From Roseivirga sp. (GTDB lineage: Bacteria > Bacteroidota > Bacteroidia > Flavobacteriales > Schleiferiaceae), in NCBI GenBank assembly GCA_051277025.1, contig JBNMPT010000001.1, forward strand, positions 32 to 64,031: 64,000 nucleotides of DNA, given 5' to 3'. The position numbers and the translations under genes were made by a program. The notes beneath the pieces are model-generated. The model was not told the origin of the DNA and ran no database searches. It saw nothing but the letters and a program-made list of their open reading frames with translations. Below are positions 1 through 9,500 of the stretch, piece by piece. Numbering within the stretch: position 1 is the first letter of the stretch; every line of letters starts with the position of its first letter.

Positions 1-180
1 AAGAATATTGCTCAAGCTGAAACTTCTAGGCATAGGAGTTTTGGAAATTTCATAACTAATCTGGTCGCCAGCCTTATCGCTTATTCCTTTCAAGAAAAGA
101 AACCAAGTATCAAGTTTGAAACAGAAAACTCAAAACAATTGCCTCTTTTTTTTGCTAGATCCCTACGTTGAAATCAGGTT
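1..180 (+). mobile_element. 3' end of an IS982-family element (transposase C-terminus 1..171 plus right terminal inverted repeat); runs off the window edge
   Basis: Frame 1 reads KNIAQAETSRHRSFGNFITNLVASLIAYSFQEKKPSI...*, matching the IS982 Tnp C-terminal 'KN..Q.EHSRHRS..NF..NL...LIAY....KKPSI' pattern; ends in GTTGAAATCAGGTT (167-180), like the CGAACTCAGGTT ends of IS982 elements. Confidence 0.85.
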
Positions 181-416
181 AAAAGGTTCTAACCTTCCCT
201 CACAATCCAACAATACGGTGGATACTTCACAAAGAGAACTCACCCCACTAAAGGCGGCATATAGCAAGGTTATTAAGTGGTCGAAGGTCATAAATCGTTT
301 GTAATAACGATTTATGATGTGCTTCAATACGGTCGGAGAGATTATTGAGGTGGGGTGCCGTTTTAGCAGTTCTTTAATCAGGGTTTTTTAGTTGGTGAGA
401 AAAACTAAATTACCAC

Positions 417-474
417 AAAGCGGAATTTACTTCTGGGAAATCCCGCTTTTAAAAAGTTTTACCGGACACTAATG
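417..474 (+). mobile_element. Possible right end of a Bacteroidota IS4-family element (hairpin followed by terminal TTTTACCGGACACTAATG)
   Basis: Hairpin AAAGCGGAATTT..AAATCCCGCTTT (417-449), then TTTTACCGGACACTAATG (457-474), resembling IS4-family right ends as I recall them; no transposase ORF remains. Confidence 0.45.
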
Positions 475-687
475 ATTCTTAATGGAAAATAAATCCGAAG
501 CAGTGATCCGTGTTTTTATTCAGTCGAAAAAATATAAGCTCATTAAAAAAGCTGAAGCCTATTTGCAAAACCTCTATTTTAGCCTAGAGTATTAGAAAGT
601 ATTGGCTTTATACCATTCCAGCCAAACTAGGGAGAATATTTTTTTTGCGAAGACTCCTCTTGAACGTCGTTTGAAAAAGAGAATTAA

Positions 688-2523
688 ATGAAAAATCTAC
701 TTCTTACAATCCTTATACTTTTTTCAGGAATTTCCTTGAAGGCCGAAACCAAGCTTGATTCTATTTTTACGGTCTGGCAGGATGAAACACAAGCTGACAC
801 AAGCAGACTGCAAGCTATCCACAAATTTATCCTCCAGGGCTATATATACAACCAACCTGATTCAGCTTATTATTTTGCCCAAAAACAGTTGGACTTTGCC
901 GAAAGGAAAGGACTAAGTAAATACATAGCCTTAGCATTAACAACTCAGGGACTTTCACTTCGAATTAGAGGTGACTATCCCAACTCTCTTGTTTATCATA
1001 AAAAAAGCATGCTATTTTATGAGGAAATAGGGGATAAAACCGGTATCGCTGGTGCTTTGGTTAATATTGGGAATCTCTATGCTATTCAAAGCAATTTTGA
1101 TAAAGCCTTGGAATATTTTGAGCAAGGCGCTTCTATTTGCGAAGAAATTGGTGAAACCTATTTTTTGGCCAACGCCACGCTTAACATTGGCTCAATTTAC
1201 CAAATGCAAGGCGAATACACTAGATCCCTTAAATATTTCCTGAAAAGCTTAAAAATCTACCAAGAGAACCAGTACAAAACCGAGATCGCTGACGCACAAT
1301 ATAATATAGGTGGGGTCTACGAAGAAGATGGTGATTTTCCTAAAGCGCTAGACTTTTACCTACAAAGTTTAGAAAGCTATGAGGAATTAGAAGATAAGTA
1401 TGGAATTACATTTTCTCTAGTTTCAATTGGTAACGTTTATTTCAAGCAGGGCTTGACGGATGATGCAATTAGTCAATGTGAAAAATCACTCAATTTCGCA
1501 AAGGAAATAAATTCAATTGATCGCCAAGAAGCAGCATGTATATGTCTTTACGATGTCTACAAGGCGATTGGGAATGACAAGAGTGCTCTGAAGTATCATG
1601 AACAAATGTTAATATTATCAGATAGCTTACAAGCGGAAGAAACCAATTTGAAACTGCAAAAAATGGATTTTCAGAAGCGAATGTTAGCCGATAGCATGGC
1701 TACTGTTGAAAGAGAACGCTTGGTGCAAGAAGAGCATCAAGAGGAAGTAAAACAAAAGAACCAAATTCGCAATATGCTAGTCGGAGGTGGGGTCTTGATT
1801 CTGATCATTGCCAGTGGAATCTATAGCCGTCTGAGATATACTAATAGGGCCAAAAAAATTATCGAGAAAGAGAAAGAACGATCCGAAAACCTCTTACTTA
1901 ACATACTACCCGCCAATATAGCCGCTGAATTAAAAGAAAAGGGCCGAGCCGAAGCACGAGAGTTTGAAATGGTTAGCACCCTCTTTTCAGACTTTAAAGG
2001 TTTTACCGCAGCAAGTGAAAAATTGAGCGCTCAAGAGTTGGTTGCGGAAATCAATACTTGTTTCGAAGCTTTTGATAATATAATGGGCAAATACAATATT
2101 GAGAAAATAAAAACCATTGGCGATGCTTATATGGCGGCCGGCGGTCTTCCTGTCCCATCAGACGGTTCTGCTAAAAACACTGTGCTTGCTGCGCTAGAAA
2201 TGCAAGCTTTTATTTCTGCTAGAAAAATTAAAATGGATACCCTAGGCAAACCTGCTTTTGAAATGCGTGTCGGCATTCATACCGGACCCGTAGTTGCGGG
2301 CATTGTGGGCGTTAAAAAATTCCAGTATGACATTTGGGGTGACACCGTTAACACTGCCAGCCGCATGGAGTCTTCTGGAGGCGTTGGTAAAGTAAATATA
2401 AGCCAAGCTACTTATGAACTTCTCAAGAATGATCTAAAGTTTATCTTTGAATCTCGCGGCAAAATTGAAGCAAAAGGAAAAGGCGAAATGGAGATGTGGT
2501 TTGTTTCAATGAATAGCCAATAG
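688..2523 (+). CDS. TPR-repeat, single-TM class III adenylate/guanylate cyclase (ATP-specific motifs)
   Basis: Signal peptide, TPR repeats, TM (MLVGGGVLILIIASGIY), LLLNILP helix, FSDFKGF, EKIKTIGDAYM, YDIWGDTVNTASRME; Lys and Asp specificity residues indicate ATP. Confidence 0.93.
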   Translation: MKNLLLTILILFSGISLKAETKLDSIFTVWQDETQADTSRLQAIHKFILQGYIYNQPDSAYYFAQKQLDFAERKGLSKYIALALTTQGLSLRIRGDYPNSLVYHKKSMLFYEEIGDKTGIAGALVNIGNLYAIQSNFDKALEYFEQGASICEEIGETYFLANATLNIGSIYQMQGEYTRSLKYFLKSLKIYQENQYKTEIADAQYNIGGVYEEDGDFPKALDFYLQSLESYEELEDKYGITFSLVSIGNVYFKQGLTDDAISQCEKSLNFAKEINSIDRQEAACICLYDVYKAIGNDKSALKYHEQMLILSDSLQAEETNLKLQKMDFQKRMLADSMATVERERLVQEEHQEEVKQKNQIRNMLVGGGVLILIIASGIYSRLRYTNRAKKIIEKEKERSENLLLNILPANIAAELKEKGRAEAREFEMVSTLFSDFKGFTAASEKLSAQELVAEINTCFEAFDNIMGKYNIEKIKTIGDAYMAAGGLPVPSDGSAKNTVLAALEMQAFISARKIKMDTLGKPAFEMRVGIHTGPVVAGIVGVKKFQYDIWGDTVNTASRMESSGGVGKVNISQATYELLKNDLKFIFESRGKIEAKGKGEMEMWFVSMNSQ

Positions 2524-2528
2524 CGAAA

Positions 2529-4658
2529 ATGACTAACAATACATATCATACTTATGGTCAAATGAAAAAGGCAAAGAAAGCCTCTTTCTCATTTCTCCTT
2601 ACTTGGTTTACAATTCATTGTTCGCTATTCACAGTCCATGCACAAGAGGTTAAGACCGATTCCCTTTGGAATATATGGATTGACGAAACGCAAGCAGACA
2701 CCACACGATTAAAAGCCATACACACAATTGGCCTTAATGGCAACAGCACTCTTCAGCCTGACTCTGCCTTCTACTATTCCCAAATGGAGTATAACTTTGC
2801 TAAAGCAAAGGCCCTTAAAAAACAAATGGCGGATGCCTTAAGTACCCAAGGAAGTTCATTTTATCATAAAAACGACTTTATCCAAGCCAGGCAATACCAT
2901 AATAGAAGCTTAGAGCTAAGTGAAGAAATCGCAGATAAAAAAGGAATTGCCCTTTCCCAAATCAATATTGGATACACCTTTAGAAAAAAAGGAGACTATA
3001 CAAAAGCCATCGAGCACTATCAAAAAGGTCTAAAGATTCGAGAAGAAAGTGGTGATAAAAATGAAATTGCTAAGGCGGTAAGCAGCATTGGACTTATGTA
3101 CGATTTACAAGGAGACTACCCGAAAGCGCTAGACTATTACCAACGTAGTTTAAAAATTTTAGAGGACCTTGGAGATAAACTCGGCATTGCTAGGGCCATA
3201 AGCAGTATTGGACTTATGTACGATTTTCAAGGTGACTACCCGAAAGCGCTAGATTATTACCAACGCAGTTTGAAGATTTGTGAGGAAATGGGATATGAAT
3301 GGGGCATATCTATGAACCTAAATAACATTGGTCTTATCTACGATAATCAAAAGGACTACTCCAAAGCGCTAGATTACTATCAGCGCAGTTTGAAGATCTC
3401 AGAGGAAGATGGAGACAAAGACGATCGTGCCATTGCACTTAGCAATATTGGAGAGATTTATAGTAATCAAGAAAATTATGAGCAAGCCTTCTCCTATTTT
3501 GAACGTAGCTTAAAAATAAGCGAAGAAATAGGAGATCGATTGAAAATGACGCATCCCTTAAGGGGTATTGGAAATGCCTATAGAAAACAAGGTCAATACA
3601 AGAAAGCTATTAGTCAATGTTTAAGGTCCCTTAAAATAAGTGAGGAAATGGGAGCTACTTTCGAACAGAAAGGTGCTTGTGAATGCTTGTATGAGTCCTA
3701 TAAAGCTCTCGGCTTGGGCAGCAAAGCTCTAGATTACTATGAGCAAATGATCGTACTTAAGGATAGCCTTTTTAATGAAGAGAATACCAAGAAACTTACT
3801 CGCATTGAACTTCAATATGAGTATGACAAAAAGGAAGCGGCCTCCAAATTAGAGCAAGAAAAAAAGGATGTTCTTGCTACAGAAGAATTAAGAAGAAATA
3901 AACTTATCAGAAATGTCTTTATGGGCGGCTTTGCGGTGGTTTTATTATTTGCAGTTGCATTTCTTAGCCAACGAAACAAAATTAAAAAAAGCAAAAAGCA
4001 AAGTGATGACCTTTTACTAAACATTTTGCCTGCCGAAGTAGCTGAAGAACTAAAAGCCAAAGGCCAAACCGAGGCCAAGCATTATAATCAAGCATCTATT
4101 TTATTTACAGATTTCAAAGGCTTTACAAATGCGGCGGAAACCTTAAGTCCTAAAGAGTTGGTAGATGAGATTAACATCTGCTTCATCGCTTTTGACCATA
4201 TCTGCGAAAAGTATAACATCGAAAAAATAAAAACCATTGGAGACGCATACATGGCAGCAAGTGGGCTATTCGATCAAGGTACCAAAACGCAAATTTCTCA
4301 GGCTAACTTGATTAAAGGTGCTCTAGAAATGCAAGCTTTTATGATTACTAGAAGTAAAGAATTAGAATTTAAAGACATAACAGGATTTCAAATGCGGGCT
4401 GGTATACATACTGGGCCAGTAGTAGCAGGAATTGTGGGAATTAAAAAATTCCAATATGACATTTGGGGAGATTCAGTAAATACGGCCAGCCGAATGGAAA
4501 GTCATGGTGAAGTGGGACGGGTTAATATTAGCGAAGCTACCTATCGCTTGCTTAAAGACGAGTCAGATTTCACTTTTGAAAGCCGCGGTAAGATTGAAGC
4601 CAAGGGAAAAGGGAAAATGGAAATGTACTTTGTGAACTTCAAAACTGACAAATTTTAG
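2529..4658 (+). CDS. TPR-repeat, single-TM class III adenylate/guanylate cyclase (paralog; start may be 2562)
   Basis: Signal peptide, ~8 TPRs, TM, FTDFKGF, EKIKTIGDAYM, YDIWGDSVNTASRME. Confidence 0.93.
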   Translation: MTNNTYHTYGQMKKAKKASFSFLLTWFTIHCSLFTVHAQEVKTDSLWNIWIDETQADTTRLKAIHTIGLNGNSTLQPDSAFYYSQMEYNFAKAKALKKQMADALSTQGSSFYHKNDFIQARQYHNRSLELSEEIADKKGIALSQINIGYTFRKKGDYTKAIEHYQKGLKIREESGDKNEIAKAVSSIGLMYDLQGDYPKALDYYQRSLKILEDLGDKLGIARAISSIGLMYDFQGDYPKALDYYQRSLKICEEMGYEWGISMNLNNIGLIYDNQKDYSKALDYYQRSLKISEEDGDKDDRAIALSNIGEIYSNQENYEQAFSYFERSLKISEEIGDRLKMTHPLRGIGNAYRKQGQYKKAISQCLRSLKISEEMGATFEQKGACECLYESYKALGLGSKALDYYEQMIVLKDSLFNEENTKKLTRIELQYEYDKKEAASKLEQEKKDVLATEELRRNKLIRNVFMGGFAVVLLFAVAFLSQRNKIKKSKKQSDDLLLNILPAEVAEELKAKGQTEAKHYNQASILFTDFKGFTNAAETLSPKELVDEINICFIAFDHICEKYNIEKIKTIGDAYMAASGLFDQGTKTQISQANLIKGALEMQAFMITRSKELEFKDITGFQMRAGIHTGPVVAGIVGIKKFQYDIWGDSVNTASRMESHGEVGRVNISEATYRLLKDESDFTFESRGKIEAKGKGKMEMYFVNFKTDKF
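3066..3400 (+). repeat. 120-bp-period tandem repeats encoding near-identical TPR units
   Basis: AGCAGCATTGGACTTATGTACGATTTACAAGGAGACTACCCGAAAGCGCTAGACTATTACCAACG (3081) recurs almost exactly at 3201 and more loosely at 3321. Confidence 0.85.
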
Positions 4659-5181
4659 AGCAACTTAGAGTCGTATCAAAGGCTTGGCCCAAATAATAAC
4701 GATATGCAACTTTCAGCAGCTAATACCTGCGGTGCTCTTATGCTGTGTTTCGATTTCCATCACAAAGTTATTTTACACAAAAATATATGGCTTTGTTTTA
4801 GTTTAAAACTTGTTAGTATTAGTAGATAATTTTCCTATTAAATCTCAAAAACGTAAATTTCAGTCCTTCATTATATATTGATACAGCTCTATTAAGCGGT
4901 TCAACTGCAGTAAGTGGTGGCAAAGGAATGAATGACTCAAAGACCTTTAATTTAACTATAGCTAAGTTACTGCTTATTCTATCTTGCATTCCTTTTGAGA
5001 AGCAATTAGTGAGTGACTCCTTTCAAAGTCATTCACTGATTAAAAACCAATAATTGTTATTTACTGAAATTGTTAATTTAGAGAAATCATAGACCGACCT
5101 TCGTTTTGAGTCGATTTAATAGAAAATCACATAATTTTTTCTTAATGACTGCCAAAGGCAAGGATTAAATCCCCGATAGTA

Positions 5182-6000
5182 ATGAAAATAAAATTTTACG
5201 GTACTAGAGGCGCCATTCCCGTTTCTGATAAAGATTTTCTAGAATTTGGAGGCAATACTACCTCGATAAAAATAACCCGAGATAATGGTCATATTGCTAT
5301 TGTGGATTCAGGCACAGGTATTCGTAATTTAGGTAACGATCTACTTAAGGATGGCTTTCTTCAAGATGAATTAATTATCGTCTTTACTCATTTTCATTGG
5401 GATCATATTCAAGGTTTTCCTTTTTTCGCACCTGCCTATAATCCTAATGGGATCATTAATATACTTGCTATGGGAAAAGACAGAGAAATTATAAACCTTG
5501 AGGATATTTTCAGAGGACAAATGAAAACTGAATATTTTCCAGTCCCATTGGAAGATATGGGTGCCAAATTCAATTTTCTGCAAATTGAAAAGAATGAATT
5601 GAAAAGCAATGGTGCCTTAATCAAAGTGATTAAACAAAACCATCCCGGTGATTCCTATGGTTATCGTTTGGAGGAAAATGGTAAAGTTTTAGTGGTTTGT
5701 ACGGATCTAGAACATGGGAATTCGGTTCAAGCAGATATCGTAGAGTTTTGCAAGGACGCAGATTTATTAGTGCATGATGCCCAATATACAAGCGAAGAGC
5801 TTCAAAATCACCGTGGTTGGGGACACAGCAGCTATGAGCAAGCAATAGAAGTAGCGGAAAGAGCTAATGTTAAGAAACTCGTTATAACCCATCATGACCC
5901 AGACCATAACGATGTATTTTTAACAAATATTGAAAAAGAATGCCAAAAAAGATATCCCAAATGTGTTCTGGCAAGAGAAGGAATGGAATTTACAATATAA
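5182..6000 (+). CDS. MBL-fold metallohydrolase, putative cyclic-nucleotide phosphodiesterase
   Basis: FYGTRGAIP...GGNT, DSGTG, THFHWDHIQG (HxHxDH), HPG, DLEH, HDAQY, GWGHS, THHDP; this family is often found beside class III cyclases; substrate is inferred. Confidence 0.85.
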   Translation: MKIKFYGTRGAIPVSDKDFLEFGGNTTSIKITRDNGHIAIVDSGTGIRNLGNDLLKDGFLQDELIIVFTHFHWDHIQGFPFFAPAYNPNGIINILAMGKDREIINLEDIFRGQMKTEYFPVPLEDMGAKFNFLQIEKNELKSNGALIKVIKQNHPGDSYGYRLEENGKVLVVCTDLEHGNSVQADIVEFCKDADLLVHDAQYTSEELQNHRGWGHSSYEQAIEVAERANVKKLVITHHDPDHNDVFLTNIEKECQKRYPKCVLAREGMEFTI

Positions 6001-6390
6001 TTTTGAGTCGTAATCAGAATGAAAATCTGCTGATACTCACGTCTGATATGTAAATTGCATTTAAAGGAATCTACGTCTGACTCTTAAAGCAATTACATAA
6101 AGTTACCTTAAACCCAAGGCTGATACGGCATTGAATACTTTGTATTATCATCGCTCTTTTAGCATTGTCAATGTCCTGATTGACAGATGGTGTAAAATCG
6201 TTCACACTAAAAATAATTCATAGCACAAGAAAATCGTCTTAGGTCCTGACTTAATCTATTCGTGATTATTTAAACGTGTCGAAACTTTTCTCTGCAGTTA
6301 AAGGCGCTCGCAGAGAACTCCCTCAAGCCCCCTTCTCACTCACCATCATAAACATTCAACTCAGTTCCCAGCAAACATTTTTCACAAATC

Positions 6391-6505
6391 AAAAGCCCTA
6401 TTCCGTCGATTATAAGCCGTTTAATAATTTGGCTACTTTCCTTCTATTAATATGAACTAAATAAAGCCATATTACTATGAACAATATCGACAAAACAGGG
6501 CTTTT
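6391..6505 (-). other. Long imperfect hairpin (~115 nt) between convergent genes, in the 3' region of the halogenase operon
   Basis: Outer arms 6391-6410 and 6486-6505 (17/20 complementary), inner arms 6422-6434 and 6465-6477; four of the five mismatches become G-U pairs on the minus strand; the minus-strand stem ends in UUUU. Confidence 0.7.
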
Positions 6506-6590
6506 AAGCGCTATTTATTTTAGTTAAAGCCTTAATATTTACCTGAAAAAAGTCGGGTGATTATTAAGTTTTCCAGTACCCTAACTATTA

Positions 6591-9500
6591 TTAACTTTCA
6601 AATGAAATAATTAGCTTGTCAGATGTTGGTCTAGCTTGGCAGGCTAAAATCATTCCGCGTTTCTTTTGTCCTTTCGACAAAGCGTCATCAATATCCATCT
6701 CTGCTGTCCCTTCTACTACCCGACAAATACATGTTCCACAGAAACCTTCTTCACAAGAGAAAGGTGCGTCCACTCCCACTTCTGCAGCGGATTCAGTTAG
6801 ATAACAACCTTCCATATTAGGAACGATGTGTTCTTCACCAAAAATATTCATGGTTATCGTTTTCGCTGCTATCACTTGCGTAGCTTTTGCTACCGCTTCA
6901 ACTTTTGGCGCCTCTTGGCTTTTAACTTTCTTCTTTGGTGATGCAAATTTTTCAACATGAACACGATCATCATCAACGCCCATATCCAACAAGCCCTCTT
7001 CTACAACATCCATAAAGCCCCAAGGACCACAAACAAAATAGAGTCCGCTCGTAATTTCGTCACAATATGATTGCACATCACGAGTATCGATACGACCTTC
7101 TGCTTTGCCTAATCGATGAATAACCTTAAAGCGCTTATTATACTGTTTTTTTAGGGCATCCAACTCGTTACGGAATATGGTTTCTTCTTTATTCCTATTC
7201 ACGTAAACAAAACGCACCTTACGATCAGAAGTATTTAAAAATTCTTTAGCAATAGATAAAACCGCCGTAACCCCACTGCCCGCAGCGAATAAATACAAAT
7301 CACCCTTTTTATCTGGTACTGTGAAACGTCCGTCTGGTGCGAGAGCGTTTAAACTATCACCAGCCTTGATATTATCGCATAACCAGTTACTTACCATACC
7401 ACCCTTAACACGTTTAACCGTAATACGCAAATCGTCATCAATACTTGGGGCGCTAGATAATGAATAGGCTCTTTTATGTGTCTCTCCCTCAATATCTAAC
7501 GATAAGGTTAAAAACTGACCAGGTCTATAGCTTAGGTATTCCTCTTTTAAATCATCTGGGACGCTTATGTAGAACGACTTACTGTCGGCAGTTTCTTCTG
7601 CAACTCTTGCCACCTTTAGTTCATTGAACATCTTTTTTGTTCGCTTAACTTGGGTGGTCGAAGCCTCTACTTTAACTGCTGTTAAAGCTGAGGTTTCGAC
7701 CTTGGCCGTTGATTCTATACTTGCCGTTACTGCTGTTACATCATTTTTTTTTTTTAAAGAAGCAAGGATTGATGTATCACCCATAAACTGGTCTGGATTA
7801 TCTGTCCCACAATTTGGACAGCCTTTTAACACATCGTCTTGATAATAATTACACGTTGGGCACTGGTAAACTTTAAAGTAAGCACGAGGCTTATTTAATT
7901 TATTAATCACTCGATTTCCGTCACCATCGAAATTATTAAAGACGGTATTGAAATCAATACCCTTCGTTTTACCTATATCGCGACACATTTTATTAAATGG
8001 ATCGATGATCGCGGCAATGTCATGAGCCATTTTTTCGGGGTCACTTTGATCGGCTTCAAACTTCTTTTCTATTTCTCTTACCTCTTTTATTAAACCTGTC
8101 CAGGTCGGATTTAAAGGATCAAATACATATGGGTCACGGCTACTATAATGGCCTTTGGCTAATACATCTATGCCTCCCCAATGAAATTTAGCATTCATGG
8201 TTTTCTCAAATGCTAAAGGGTGTGCCCAAGAGCGATATAACATATCAGTTTCTTGAACTAATACCGGGTATAACTCAGAGCCATATTTAGAGTATTCTGC
8301 AAAAGCGCTTTCTTCATAATTTTTTTCGTCTAGGGCTTTTACAGTATCAACAGCAGCCATGTAGGATGTTCCACTTCCGTAGTTAATACCGTGCGAGAAT
8401 AAGGGGTTAGAGAATTGTGCGCTATCTCCAATTGCCACCCAACCCTTACCTGCTACTTGGGTCGAGTCGTGCGCTAAACCTAAGAATGCAGCATATGGGC
8501 GGCGCTTTTCTCGGTAAGGTTTTTCAACTAATTCATAATGCTCAAGTATCCAAGCAAAAGCTGGGTACCTTTCTGCATAATGCATAAATCTTTTTTGAAT
8601 CGGTAAATCTTTCGCGGTATCCATATCATCACGAACGGTAATACCGATGGATGTAATAGGTTCAAATTCAGTACCATGCTTTTCTTGAAAGAACTTTCGT
8701 GGTGGTACATCAGAATCTTCCTCAGAATCATGGTCCATCACGTCATTCACCATTTTCAACATGGTTTCATCATCTGCACTTTCCCACGAATGAACCGTAA
8801 TAAACCAAATCCAACCTTGAGGCGTGCATAAATGACGAGTGGCTGGTTCTTGCCATCTCGCTAAAGGCACCTGCTTCTTTTGTCTAAAATATGCAAAGTA
8901 GCAGTTGGTCTGAAATGTGTCGTGAATCGCAGGGTCTTTTCTATAAGTACCTAAGTGACGTGGAAGGACTGCCGCTGGGCCAGTAGCATCACATACAAAA
9001 CGGGATTTAATGGTAAACGATTCGCCATTTTCATCAATACATGCCAATTGTTTAACTTTCCCATCTAATTGACAATCGTCAATTTCAACATGTGTATTAA
9101 CCTTAAAATCAATACCTTGCTCCTTAGTTAAACGCTGTAATGCCATTTCAAAGACACGTCGTTCAATTTGAAAAGTTTCTTCCAAATCGGTAATATCACA
9201 TTCGCTTTCTGGCTCTTTGCTTTCTGTTCCCATCCACCAAAAACGGATACCTCCTTTGTTTCCAAATAAGCGACGCATTTGAGGCATGGTGAATCCCATC
9301 GCTAGAAAGCACCTTACCGTGGTTGAAAGTGTGGATTCACCGACTTTATAACCGGGGACTTGTCTTCTTTCTAAGATAACGACTTTGCTTTCAGGTCGCA
9401 TACGTTTAACCCATTGGGCATAAATCATACCCATTGGTCCGCCACCTAATACCGCTACGTCGTAATCTACCTCTGAATCATCACTTAAGGGTGCTGAAAT

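Noticed and set aside
116-304. 62-aa ORF, and the many short antisense or overlapping ORFs in the track (e.g. 10072-10527, 12632-12829, 12877-13095)
   Set aside because: They overlap IS ends or lie opposite or within well-supported genes, with no recognisable motifs
4667-6016. GAGTCGTA(A)TCA-like motif shortly after the stops of cyclase 2 and the MBL gene
   Set aside because: Too short and too few copies to distinguish from chance
6391-6505. Hairpin as an integron attC site
   Set aside because: No RYYYAAC/GTTRRRY core sites at the ends and no integrase or cassette array
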